The position numbers and the translations under genes were made by a program. A DNA stretch of 64,000 bases from Streptosporangium soli (GTDB taxonomy: Bacteria; Actinomycetota; Actinomycetes; Streptosporangiales; Streptosporangiaceae). The stretch lies in the NCBI GenBank assembly GCA_022213955.1, contig JAKNTW010000009.1, positions 213,580 through 277,579 of the forward strand. Direction: 5' to 3'. Of this stretch, positions 9,764 to 18,835 are shown in pieces. Positions within the stretch are counted from its first letter, which is position 1. Every line of letters starts with the position of its first letter. Below the pieces are notes generated by a model, which was not told where the DNA came from, did no database searches, and saw only the letters and a list, made by a program, of their open reading frames with translations.

Positions 9764-10486
9764 ATGCGCGATCTGCGCCGCCGGTCCTCGCCGACCGCTA
9801 ACGTTTCCGCCGTGAGTCCCACATATGCGATCGAGCGTCTGCTCACCTCCGGCGGCCGGGCCAAGCTGGTGGCGGGGGTCGACGAGGTGGGCCGGGGGGC
9901 GTGGGCGGGGCCGGTCTCGGTCTGCGCGGTGGTGACCGATCTCTCCGATCCGCCCGCCGGGCTCACCGACTCCAAGCTCCTCACCCCCGCCCGCCGTACG
10001 GCGCTGGCACCCCTGGTGGACGCCTGGGCGGCGGGGATCGGCCACGGCGAGGCGAGCGCGGCCGAGATCGACGAGCTGGGCATGACCGAGGCCCTGCGCA
10101 GGGCGGCCAGACGTGCCCTCGAGGCCCTCCCCGTCCGCCCGGACGCCGTCATCCTCGACGGCAAGCACGACTACCTCGGCGCACCCTGGCCGGTCCGCTG
10201 CGAGATCAAGGGCGACCTGTCGTGCGTGTCGGTCGCGGCCGCGTCGGTGCTGGCGAAGGTACGGCGTGACGCCCACATGGCGACACTGGGCTTCGACGAG
10301 TACGGCTTCGCGGACAACGCCGGTTATCCCTCGCCGATCCATCAGGCGGCGCTCGCGGAGCACGGGCCGACCGAGCACCACCGGCTCTCCTGGTCCTACC
10401 TCGACGACCTGCCTCGATGGCGGCATCTCAAGCGGCATCGCGATCCGATGGCGGGCGAGGGACAGCTCGATCTCCTCGACCTGTAA
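9764..10486 (+). CDS. rnhB: ribonuclease HII
   Basis: Conserved [14 protein letters not shown] and DSKLLT motifs. Start chosen at ATG 9764; a GTG at 9812 is also possible. Confidence 0.8.
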   Translation: MRDLRRRSSPTANVSAVSPTYAIERLLTSGGRAKLVAGVDEVGRGAWAGPVSVCAVVTDLSDPPAGLTDSKLLTPARRTALAPLVDAWAAGIGHGEASAAEIDELGMTEALRRAARRALEALPVRPDAVILDGKHDYLGAPWPVRCEIKGDLSCVSVAAASVLAKVRRDAHMATLGFDEYGFADNAGYPSPIHQAALAEHGPTEHHRLSWSYLDDLPRWRHLKRHRDPMAGEGQLDLLDL

Positions 10487-10738
10487 CCTCTGGAAGATTC
10501 GTACGGTGCGGCGGAGGAGCTTGGAGACGTCACCCGCTCCAGTCGTCGCCGCGGAACAGCCGCATGATCTCGTCGGTGGACATCATGCCTTGGCCGCTGG
10601 AGTATGCGATCTTCAGCAATGAAGGTCGCAACTTGCCGGAATCTCGCGTAGTGACCGATCTGCGAGCGCTCGTCCCTCGGCGTGCGTCCGCGCGGGCCGG
10701 GAGGAGCCGTGGTGGTGCACGAGCATGGGAATCCGGGG

Positions 10739-11761
10739 ATGCGGGTCGGGGTGTTTCTGCTGGCGGCTCGGTTTCCGGGGATGGCGGCGGGAGAGGTGAT
10801 CGCGAACACGGTGGACGCCGTGGTGGCGGCGGAGGCGGCCGGGTTCGACGACGCGTGGATCGCCGAGCATCACTTCATGTCGTACGGCGTGTGCCCGTCG
10901 GCGGTGGCGTTGGCCGGCGTGGCGCTGGGCCGTACCAGCCGGATCGAGGTGGGGACGGCGGTGAGCGTGCTGTCGACGCAGCATCCGGTGGCGCTGGCGG
11001 AGCAGGCGGCGGTGCTGCACCACGCGTCCGGCGGGCGGTTCAGGCTGGGGGTCGGCAGGGGCGGGCCGTGGCTGGACCTGGAGGTGTTCGGGACCGGGAT
11101 CGAGCGGTTCGAGTACGGCTGGCGGGAGTCGCTCGACCTGCTCTGCGCGGCGTTGTCCGAACGGGCGGTGTCCGCGGACGGGAGGTTCTTCCGGTTCCGC
11201 GAGGTGGCGATGGTGCCGGGGGCGGCGGGGACGGGACTGCGGCCGGTCGTGGCGTGCACGTCGGAGAGCAGTGTGGCGCTGGCGGCGGAGCGGGGGCTGC
11301 CGATGTTGCTGGGGATGCACGTCGGCGATGAGGAGAAGGCCGCCATGATCGCCGACTATGCCCGGCAGGCCCAGGGGACCGGTCTGCGGGAGACGCGGCA
11401 TGTCGCGGCGGGGGTCGGGTTCGTGGGGGATACGACGGCGGAGGCCGTGCGGGAGCTGGCGGGGGCGATGCCGGCGTGGCTTGAGCCGGGATTGGCGGGT
11501 TACGTGCCGGTAGACGGGAGAGCACGGCCGAAGCGCGATATTTCGGCCTATGTCGAGATGCTCTGTCGTATCCACCCCGTCGGCTCGCCCGAGCACTGCG
11601 TGCGGACGATCGCCAGGACCGCTCGGCGGACGGGGGTGCGGCACCTGATCCTCATGGTGGAGGGTGCGGGCGATCACGCCCGCACCCTGGAGAACATCAC
11701 CAGACTCGGTGCCGAAGTGCTGCCCGCGTTACGTCAGCAGTCGACGAGCTCGGGCTCCTGA
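10739..11761 (+). CDS. LLM-class flavin-dependent oxidoreductase (luciferase-like monooxygenase)
   Basis: ORF 10682..11761 trimmed to MRVGVFLL. TIM-barrel LLM signature region AEHHFMSYGVCPS...GRFRLGVGRG. Confidence 0.8.
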   Translation: MRVGVFLLAARFPGMAAGEVIANTVDAVVAAEAAGFDDAWIAEHHFMSYGVCPSAVALAGVALGRTSRIEVGTAVSVLSTQHPVALAEQAAVLHHASGGRFRLGVGRGGPWLDLEVFGTGIERFEYGWRESLDLLCAALSERAVSADGRFFRFREVAMVPGAAGTGLRPVVACTSESSVALAAERGLPMLLGMHVGDEEKAAMIADYARQAQGTGLRETRHVAAGVGFVGDTTAEAVRELAGAMPAWLEPGLAGYVPVDGRARPKRDISAYVEMLCRIHPVGSPEHCVRTIARTARRTGVRHLILMVEGAGDHARTLENITRLGAEVLPALRQQSTSSGS

Positions 11762-12120
11762 TTGAGGATCTGCGACCTCGGGGTGACGAAGTCGCGCAGG
11801 GCCTCGGTGGCGGTCGGGTCGAACACGGCTACGCGGTGGCAGTTCTGGAAAGCCAGCCGCATCCCGAAGTGACGCTCCAGCGCGTTGCGCATGGCGTCGC
11901 TCGCCAGGCAACGCAGGAGCTGGCCGCGCGCGGCCTCGTCGGGGGGCGGGGTCTGGTTGTCCGCGAAGGCGGAGCCGGTCCTGTCGCGCTGTTCGACCAG
12001 CTCGCTGATCACCGACCAGGCGTAGGGCAGGGAGTTCCGGATGCAGGCGATGAACGCCGCATCGTCGACCTCACCCGTTCTGGCCTGGTCAAGAAGATCA
12101 TTGGGAACGGTCAGCGACAT
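11734..12120 (-). CDS. SCO5389-family conserved actinobacterial protein
   Basis: ORF trimmed to MSLTVPNDLL. Strong RBS GAGAGGAGA upstream. Family assignment from recalled similarity only. Confidence 0.55.
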   Translation of the reverse strand: MSLTVPNDLLDQARTGEVDDAAFIACIRNSLPYAWSVISELVEQRDRTGSAFADNQTPPPDEAARGQLLRCLASDAMRNALERHFGMRLAFQNCHRVAVFDPTATEALRDFVTPRSQILNQEPELVDC

Positions 12121-12186
12121 GCTGCTGTCTCCTCTCAAAGGGGATCACATTGACGCTAGGTGGGGGTAGGGGAACACTCCATATGG

Positions 12187-13152
12187 CTACGAAGCGACAG
12201 TCGTGTGTGCGGGGCCGTAGACGAAGTCGGGATCGATCTGCGCGGCGAGATCCTGGCCGGTGGCCCGGTTGGCCCACGCGTCGGCGTTGCGCAGGTGGAA
12301 CTCCACGGCCTGGTCGCCGAAGCGCGCCCAGTTCTTGGGCCGGTTGTCGAGGATCTTGAGCAGCATGGCCAGGGAGTCGGCGTTGGCCGGCTCCAGGTCG
12401 TCGAGGGCGAACGGCCTGCCCTGCTCCAGCGCCCGCACCGCCGGGCTGTGCTCGAACCAGGTGACCAGGTCGTCGCCGACGTGCCGGCGGAGGAAGGCGA
12501 GATCGTCGGGACCGTGCACCTTGTTGCCGACGACCGCGACCGGCACGCCGTGCTCGGCGGCGTAGTCACGGTACTGCCGGTAGACGCCGACGCCCTGGCG
12601 GGTCGGCTCGGCGACCAGGTAGGTCAGGTCGAAGCGGGTGAACAGCCCGGAGGCGAAGGAGTCGGCCCCCGCGGTCATGTCGACCACGACGTATTCGTCG
12701 GGACCGTCGAGCAGGTGGTTGAGGTAGAGCTCGACCGCGCCGACCTTGGAGTGATAGCAGGCCACACCGAGGTCGTCCTCGTTGAACGGCCCGGTGACCA
12801 TCAGCCAGGCCCCCTCCGGCGTGGTGGTGGCGAACCGGTCGTGGATCGGGTCGTCGCGCTCGCCGAGGTCGAGCAGGTTGGAGCCGCGGCCGGGCGGGGT
12901 CGTCTTGACCATGGCCGCGGCGGAGGTGATGCGCGGATTGTCGCCTCGCAGATATTCCTTGATCTCCGTGAGGTGGGCGCCCATCGGCGGGGGCAGCTCC
13001 GTGTCCTCAACGCCGAGGATCATGCCGAGATGCTGGTTGATGTCGGCGTCGATCGCGACGACGGGCCCGCCCTGGCTGGCCACGTATCTCGCGAACAACG
13101 CGGACAGAGTCGTTTTGCCGCTGCCGCCCTTGCCGACGAACGCTACCCTCAC
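12187..13152 (-). CDS. ParA/MinD/ArsA-type P-loop ATPase
   Basis: Deviant Walker A VAFVGKGGSGKTT near the N-terminus. Probable GTG start at 13152; an upstream ATG at 13182 is also possible. Confidence 0.7.
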   Translation of the reverse strand: MRVAFVGKGGSGKTTLSALFARYVASQGGPVVAIDADINQHLGMILGVEDTELPPPMGAHLTEIKEYLRGDNPRITSAAAMVKTTPPGRGSNLLDLGERDDPIHDRFATTTPEGAWLMVTGPFNEDDLGVACYHSKVGAVELYLNHLLDGPDEYVVVDMTAGADSFASGLFTRFDLTYLVAEPTRQGVGVYRQYRDYAAEHGVPVAVVGNKVHGPDDLAFLRRHVGDDLVTWFEHSPAVRALEQGRPFALDDLEPANADSLAMLLKILDNRPKNWARFGDQAVEFHLRNADAWANRATGQDLAAQIDPDFVYGPAHTTVAS

Positions 13153-13256
13153 GCCTCGATCCAATCTGATTATGAAAACCATTGCAACCCTGGAGGGCTC
13201 ATCATGCCACGGTCGCGAGGCGTTCCGCCGGGGTATGAGCGATCGGGGGGAACAAG

Positions 13257-13571
13257 ATGGCCTGGTTGGTGCTCTTCGTGTCGGGAATCCTGGAGACCGT
13301 CTGGGCCGTGGCCCTGGACAAATCCGAGGCGTTCTCCAAACCGCTGGCCACGACGGTCTTCGTGGTGGCGCTGATCCTGAGCATGATCGGTCTCGGCTGG
13401 GCGCTTCGCGACATTCCGGTCGGTACGGCGTACGCGATCTGGGTGGGCATCGGCGCCATCGGCACGGCAGTCGTCGGCATGGCCTGGCTCGGCGAGTCGG
13501 CCTCCCTGCCGAGGATCGCCTGCCTGCTGCTCGTGGTGGCCGGTGTGGTGGGACTGAAGATCTACCACTGA
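13257..13571 (+). CDS. sugE: SMR family quaternary-ammonium-compound efflux transporter (SugE/EmrE-like)
   Basis: 104 aa, four TM helices, conserved membrane-embedded Glu (ILETVWAV) characteristic of SMR proteins. Confidence 0.85.
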   Translation: MAWLVLFVSGILETVWAVALDKSEAFSKPLATTVFVVALILSMIGLGWALRDIPVGTAYAIWVGIGAIGTAVVGMAWLGESASLPRIACLLLVVAGVVGLKIYH

Positions 13572-13600
13572 CGCGGAGCGCTCGTCCCAGCCGTCAGGGC

Positions 13601-14914
13601 TTAGCAGGTTTCGTCGAGGGAGACGGGGGTGCTCCTGGCCGGGCTAGGTGTGGCGGCCGGCCGGGGGGCGGTCCCGTGGAGCGACTCGGCCGTCTTGCGC
13701 CTGATCAACGCATAGTCGGGGGTGGCCGGGTCGATCAGCGGGGGGACGAACTGGAGGCTCTTGATCTCCGAGTCGCGGACCCGCTGCGACAACTCGATCA
13801 GGCCGGGCAGCAGGCTCTGTGGGATGTCGGTGGACACCGCCTGCCTGGCGGCGCGGGCCAGCCGGTCGAAGCCGCTGAGCAGGGTCGCCGGTCCGGCCTG
13901 CCTCGCGACCGCGTTGAGCAGGCACTTCTGACGGGCCATCCGGACGTAGTCGCTGCTGTCGGTGCGTGACCTGCCGTACCAGAGGGCAGCCTCGCCGGAC
14001 AGCCTCCGGGTGCCCGCCGGGATCAGCCCTTCGCGACGCGAGCCGTACACGATGGGTTCCCTGACCTTCACCGTCACGCCGCCCATGGCGTCGATGATGT
14101 CGGCGAATCCCTTCATGTCGACCATCGCGTAGTAGTGGACGGGCAGGCCGAGGATGCCCGAGACGGTGTCCTTGAGTAGTTTCGGGCCGCGTTTGCCGGT
14201 GGGGGTGTGCGGGACCATCTCGGGGTGGTCCTCGGCGTACTGGAAGATCTCGTTGAGGATGCCGGGGGTCAGGGGAGGGTCGCCCGCGAAGCCGTACGGG
14301 AAGCGTCTCCTGGCGGGGCCGTCGGGCATCGGGACCCGTTCCAGGTTGCGGGGGAGTCCGAGCAGTACGGCTCTGCCGGTGCGGACCTCGATGGAGGCGA
14401 GGGTCACGCTGTCGGTGCGGATCCCTTCGCGGCCGGTGGCGGCGTCGGCGCCCAGCAGCAGGATGTTCACCCTGTCCTTGCCGCTCCACGGGTCGTGCGC
14501 GCGGCCGAACATGCCGGTGATGAGGTCGCCCGAGAGGTAGGCCACCCTGGCCGCGTGGACCGCAGGGACGATGACGAGCAGGCAGAGCGCGGCCGTCAGC
14601 AGACGGGTGACGGCGGCGGGCCGTACCAGGCGGTAGGAACAGATGATCACGGCGGCCCAGGCCAGGCCCAGCACGACCAGGCCCACGGCGAGCCCCGCCA
14701 GCCATCCCGGGCGTACGGCGAGCCCGAGCAGACGGGCGCGGTGGCCGGAGAGCATGACGACGCCGGCGCCCACCAGCGTCGCCTCGACCGCGAGCAGCAG
14801 CAGACCGGTCAGCCGGCGTCCCGTGACGAGATGGGCGAGCCCCCAGATCACCGCCGATCCGAACGTGAGCGCCGCGCTCGCCCCCAAGCCGAACCGGCCA
14901 CCACTCTCCGTCAC
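13601..14914 (-). CDS. LCP family protein (LytR-CpsA-Psr cell-wall glycopolymer transferase)
   Basis: N-terminal TM segments followed by an LCP domain (ILLLGADAATGREGIRTDSVTLASIE...YYAMVDMKGFADIIDAMGGVTV). Confidence 0.8.
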   Translation of the reverse strand: MTESGGRFGLGASAALTFGSAVIWGLAHLVTGRRLTGLLLLAVEATLVGAGVVMLSGHRARLLGLAVRPGWLAGLAVGLVVLGLAWAAVIICSYRLVRPAAVTRLLTAALCLLVIVPAVHAARVAYLSGDLITGMFGRAHDPWSGKDRVNILLLGADAATGREGIRTDSVTLASIEVRTGRAVLLGLPRNLERVPMPDGPARRRFPYGFAGDPPLTPGILNEIFQYAEDHPEMVPHTPTGKRGPKLLKDTVSGILGLPVHYYAMVDMKGFADIIDAMGGVTVKVREPIVYGSRREGLIPAGTRRLSGEAALWYGRSRTDSSDYVRMARQKCLLNAVARQAGPATLLSGFDRLARAARQAVSTDIPQSLLPGLIELSQRVRDSEIKSLQFVPPLIDPATPDYALIRRKTAESLHGTAPRPAATPSPARSTPVSLDETC

Positions 14915-14979
14915 TCACCACAGGTTAGTTACGTTTGCATCCATCCGGTGGCGACGCGCGGCAACCCCCCTGAACTGGG

Positions 14980-15903
14980 TCACCAGGTGGCGGCCCCGGT
15001 GAAGGAGGTGCCAGTCGGGTGATAACGCAGCGTGCTCATCGCCGCGGAGATGTCCAGCGTGCGCTCGACCGCCAGGTGACCGGCCGCGTAGCGGGTCAGG
15101 CGCGGCGGGCGGCTCACGCCGAGCAGCCGGTGAACGGTCTCGGCCATGGCTGCGACGGGGTGGACCAGGCCGGCGGGCAGATAGTACGGCTCGGCGGGCA
15201 CGTTCCGTTCCGCCAGGATCGCGCGCAGGGCGTCGTCCAGCACGACCGGCTCGGCGTCGGCCACGTTGAACACCCCGCGATCGACCGGGCCCGAGGCGGC
15301 CAGCAGGCAGGCGCGCACCAGGTTGTCCACCGAGGTCAGGCTGATCCGCTGGCGGCCGTCGCCCACCGCGAGCAGCCTGCGCCCGCGCACCGCGCCCAGC
15401 ACCCGGGGAAGCAGCGTGGTGTCGCCCTTGCCGTAGACCGCGTGCGGCCGCAGCACCACCGCCCGCCCCGCCACGACCCGCTCCGCCGCCGCCTTCGACG
15501 CCCCGTAGGCGTTGACGTATCTCCTGACCGGCGCCTCCTCCTCCCGCGCCCGGACCGTGGGCCGGAACGGGTCATAGACGCTGGCCGTGCTCACCTGCAC
15601 GAACCGCGCCCCAGGGAACCCGGCGGCCACATTACGCGTACCGGTCACGTTCGCCGCCCAGATCCCGCGCGGCGGCCCCCAGTCGGTGACGCTGCCCGCA
15701 CAGTGGATCACCGCCGCCACCTCGGGCAGCCGGTACGGCGCCGCCCGCGTGATGTCCCATGCCCGATATGGCGCCCCCGCCACGTGCCCGGCCGCCACCT
15801 GCGCCCGCCTGCCGTACGCGCGCACGTCCCACCCCGCGGCCACCGCCGCCCGGCACACCGCCCCGCCCACGAACCCCGAGGCCCCCGTGACCGCCACGAT
15901 CAC
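14980..15903 (-). CDS. NAD-dependent epimerase/dehydratase
   Basis: Rossmann motif IVAVTGASGFVGGAV. GTG start that overlaps the upstream mini-ORF stop (GTGA). Confidence 0.8.
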   Translation of the reverse strand: MIVAVTGASGFVGGAVCRAAVAAGWDVRAYGRRAQVAAGHVAGAPYRAWDITRAAPYRLPEVAAVIHCAGSVTDWGPPRGIWAANVTGTRNVAAGFPGARFVQVSTASVYDPFRPTVRAREEEAPVRRYVNAYGASKAAAERVVAGRAVVLRPHAVYGKGDTTLLPRVLGAVRGRRLLAVGDGRQRISLTSVDNLVRACLLAASGPVDRGVFNVADAEPVVLDDALRAILAERNVPAEPYYLPAGLVHPVAAMAETVHRLLGVSRPPRLTRYAAGHLAVERTLDISAAMSTLRYHPTGTSFTGAATW

Positions 15904-16151
15904 GGCGACACCGCGCTTGGGAGGCGCGATACCGCGCTTGGGAGGGTGGAGCGTCCGGGGTCGGTGGTCGCCCTGCCCTGGAGGGTGGTGCGTCCGGGGT
16001 CGGTGACGGTGGTTGCCCTGGTGTGGAGGGTTGTGCGTCCGGGGGTGGTCGTCGTGTTTTGGAGGGTGGTGCGTTCAGGGTCGGTGACGGTGGTCGCCTC
16101 AGCCTGGAGGGTGAGTTCGGGGAGGGCGCGGTGGCGGTCGGTGGCGGTCAT
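15900..16151 (-). other. junction-repeat mini-ORF (83 aa, Thr-rich 13-aa repeats ATTVTDPGRTTLQ) coupled between acyl-CoA ligase and epimerase
   Basis: ATG overlaps the acyl-CoA ligase stop (ATGA) and its TGA overlaps the epimerase GTG (GTGA). The repeats echo the ligase C-terminus RATVTR. Underlying DNA tandem repeats span 15905-16145. Confidence 0.3.
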
Positions 16152-17644
16152 CGTGTCACCGTCGCGCGGAGGGCGGCGCGGTCGAGTTTGTCGGCGCGGC
16201 CGGCGCGTGGGAAGGCGTCGAGTACGGCGATGCGGTCGGGAAGGGCGCCGGTGTCGACGAGCTCGGGAAGGGCCTTGCGAACGAGAGACTCCTCGAATCC
16301 CGCCTCGGGGACCAGCGCCAGCACGACCTCCTCGTCGCCGGTCGCCTCGTCGGCGAGGCCGATGATCGCCGCCTCCGCGACCCCGGGGAGCGCGGCGATG
16401 GCGGGCTCGTACAGCCCGGGATAGATGTTGACCCCGTCCCGCAGGATCATGTCCTTCTTCCGGCCGAGCAGCACCAGCCGGCCCTTGTCGTCGATCCGCA
16501 CCAGATCCCCGGTCGCGACCTCGTCGTGCGGCGGTTCGCCCAGGTAGCCACGGGCGAGGTGCGGCCCGGAGACGAACAGCTCGCCGTCGCCGGCCAGCCG
16601 TACTCCCACGTCCGGCAGCGGTGTGCCCAGCAGGTCGCCCTCCGGGTTGGCCAGTTTGTCCTCCGCGTCCGCGATCGCGATCGGCAGCGCCTCCGTCATC
16701 GCGTAGACCGAGAGCACCCGCACGTGCGGGCCCGCCGTGATCGCCCTGCGCAGCACGGCGGGCGGTGCGGGAGCCGCGCCCAGCAGCAGGTAGCGCAACG
16801 TGCCGGGCAGTTCGGGGGTCTTCCTCAGCAGGGCGTCCAGCCGGACCGGCACGCAGAAGGTGTGCGTCGCCCGCCGCTCGCCCAGTTCGGCCGTGAACCG
16901 TTCGGCCGCCCCGGGCAACGACCACGTCGCGCCCGCCGTCAACGCCGGCAGACCCAGCATGAGCTGGTCGGTGTGCACCACATCCCCGGCTCCCAGCGGA
17001 AACGCCTCCCCGAACAGCTGCGCTCCCCGAGCCAGCGACCCCCGCGTGTGCACCACCCCTTTGGGCGCCCCCGTGGTCCCCGAGGTGAACACCACCACCG
17101 CCGGGTCATCGGCCGAGCCTCCGACAACCGCCCGATCCCCGACGCCGGAACGGGGAAGAGCGGTGAGCCGGGTGGCGTGTCGGGGCACACCGGGGAGCCA
17201 GGGGCCGGTGTAGAGATGACGGGCGGAGATGGCGGCGAGCCGGGGGAGGACCAGGCCCCTGCGGCGGGCGAGGCGGCGAAGGGGGCCGCTCAACAGGTAC
17301 GCCGGTGATTCGGTGATCACCCAGCGAGGCCGGGCCGCCGCGAGACGCCCGGCGAAGACCTCGGGGGCCAGCCCCGGATCGGCCAGCATGAGCATCCCGC
17401 CCGCAGCCACCGCCCCCAGCGCGAGCACCACCGCGTCCGGCCCCGGTCGCACCGCGAACAACACGGCGTCCCCGGCGGATATCCCGCCGAGCGCGTCCCG
17501 CACGGCCAGGACCCGCCGGCCCAACTCCCGGTAGGTCAGCTCCCGCCCGCGCCCGTCGATGACCGCGACCGCCTCCGGAGTACGGCGAGCAGCCGCGAGT
17601 ACCCCCTCGACGAGGTCAAATGTTTCACGTGAATCATCGTGCAT
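16148..17644 (-). CDS. AMP-dependent acyl-CoA synthetase/ligase
   Basis: 498-aa ORF with AMP-binding motifs (TSGTTGAPKGV, GELFVSGPHLARGY). Start overlaps the P450 3' end by 11 nt. Confidence 0.85.
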   Translation of the reverse strand: MHDDSRETFDLVEGVLAAARRTPEAVAVIDGRGRELTYRELGRRVLAVRDALGGISAGDAVLFAVRPGPDAVVLALGAVAAGGMLMLADPGLAPEVFAGRLAAARPRWVITESPAYLLSGPLRRLARRRGLVLPRLAAISARHLYTGPWLPGVPRHATRLTALPRSGVGDRAVVGGSADDPAVVVFTSGTTGAPKGVVHTRGSLARGAQLFGEAFPLGAGDVVHTDQLMLGLPALTAGATWSLPGAAERFTAELGERRATHTFCVPVRLDALLRKTPELPGTLRYLLLGAAPAPPAVLRRAITAGPHVRVLSVYAMTEALPIAIADAEDKLANPEGDLLGTPLPDVGVRLAGDGELFVSGPHLARGYLGEPPHDEVATGDLVRIDDKGRLVLLGRKKDMILRDGVNIYPGLYEPAIAALPGVAEAAIIGLADEATGDEEVVLALVPEAGFEESLVRKALPELVDTGALPDRIAVLDAFPRAGRADKLDRAALRATVTR

Positions 17645-18764
17645 GGGCTATCCACAGCTGTGCGTACGTGGGAATGAGGACCCGGCGAGCGGCCCGCCGG
17701 GCGACGATCCGGGGCCGGTGCCGCAGGACGACCTCCGCCACCGCCCGGATCTCGGCCTGAGCGAGCGGGTAGCCGATGCAGAAGTGCGGCCCGGCCCCGA
17801 ACCACAGGTGGCGCACCTCGGCAGGATGCTTCCGGGCAGGGTCGAAGGGACCGTAGGCGCGGGCGCAGTTGTGCGTGACGATCACCACCCGATCGCCCGG
17901 CCGGACCTGCACCCGCCCCACCCGGCCGGGTGCGGCGACCGAGCGCAGCATCACCGGCGTCGGCGTGGTGAACCGCATCGCCTCGTCGATGGCCGTGTCC
18001 AGGTCGAATTCGCTCGTCCCGTGGTCGTGCAGGAGCGCGACCAGGCGGGGGACGAAGGTGGCGACGGTCTCCGTGCCGGTGAGGAAGAAGGCTCCGGCGG
18101 CTCCCCGGGCCTCGGCTTCGGACAGGCCGAGGGAGCGCATCCGGCCCATCACGGTGGTCTCGCCGCCCCGGTGGTACGCGGCGGACGCGATGTCGCCGAT
18201 GCGGTCGAGGACCGCGCGGGCGACGGCGACCTGCCGGTCTGCGAGCCGCCGCGAACGCAGCGACACCATCGACACCACCCGCTCACCATCGGCGAACAGC
18301 TCCCTGGCCGCCTTCTCCCCGACCTCCTCCAGCCCGATCAGCCGGCCGATCACCGCCCCTGCCATCAGCCGCATCGAGTCCACCAGATCGACCGTCTCGC
18401 CATCGGCCAGCCGTCGTGAGAGGTCGGCGAGCGGCTCGTTCAGAACATCGCGGACCAGCGGATCAACGGAGGCGGGGGCGAAGAGCGGGGCGAGCTTGCG
18501 CCGCAGCGCGAGGTGGGCCTCGCCTTCCATGTTGAGCAACACGGAGGGGCCGAGGACGGGCGTCCAGAGGTCACCAGGCGAGCCGGGGCCGTCCTTGCGG
18601 AACCGGTCGTCCGTCAGCACCGCCCGCGCCACGGCGGCGTCGTTGACCACCACGCCGAGGCCCGGCACCCGCACCACCGGCCCCAGCCGGGCCAGCAGCC
18701 GCACCAGCGGGTACGCGACCGGGTGCGCGGCCAGGTACAGCCGTGTCTCGTGGTTGGAGATCAT
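17634..18764 (-). CDS. cytochrome P450
   Basis: Heme-ligand loop FGAGPHFCIG. Start assigned to MISNHE at 18764; an in-frame upstream ATG at 18920 lies inside the repeat array. Confidence 0.85.
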   Translation of the reverse strand: MISNHETRLYLAAHPVAYPLVRLLARLGPVVRVPGLGVVVNDAAVARAVLTDDRFRKDGPGSPGDLWTPVLGPSVLLNMEGEAHLALRRKLAPLFAPASVDPLVRDVLNEPLADLSRRLADGETVDLVDSMRLMAGAVIGRLIGLEEVGEKAARELFADGERVVSMVSLRSRRLADRQVAVARAVLDRIGDIASAAYHRGGETTVMGRMRSLGLSEAEARGAAGAFFLTGTETVATFVPRLVALLHDHGTSEFDLDTAIDEAMRFTTPTPVMLRSVAAPGRVGRVQVRPGDRVVIVTHNCARAYGPFDPARKHPAEVRHLWFGAGPHFCIGYPLAQAEIRAVAEVVLRHRPRIVARRAARRVLIPTYAQLWIAHAR

Positions 18765-18835
18765 CGCACCGCCGCCCCGGGCCAGGGCGGCAGCCGCTCG
18801 GCCGGGTACGGCTGTGCCTCGTGGTCCGCGATCAT
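18761..18835 (-). other. mini-ORF (24 aa) MIADHEAQPYPAERLPPWPGAAVR (repeat copy 3)
   Basis: ATGA overlap with the previous mini-ORF stop. Its own TGA overlaps the P450 ATG at 18764. Confidence 0.3.
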
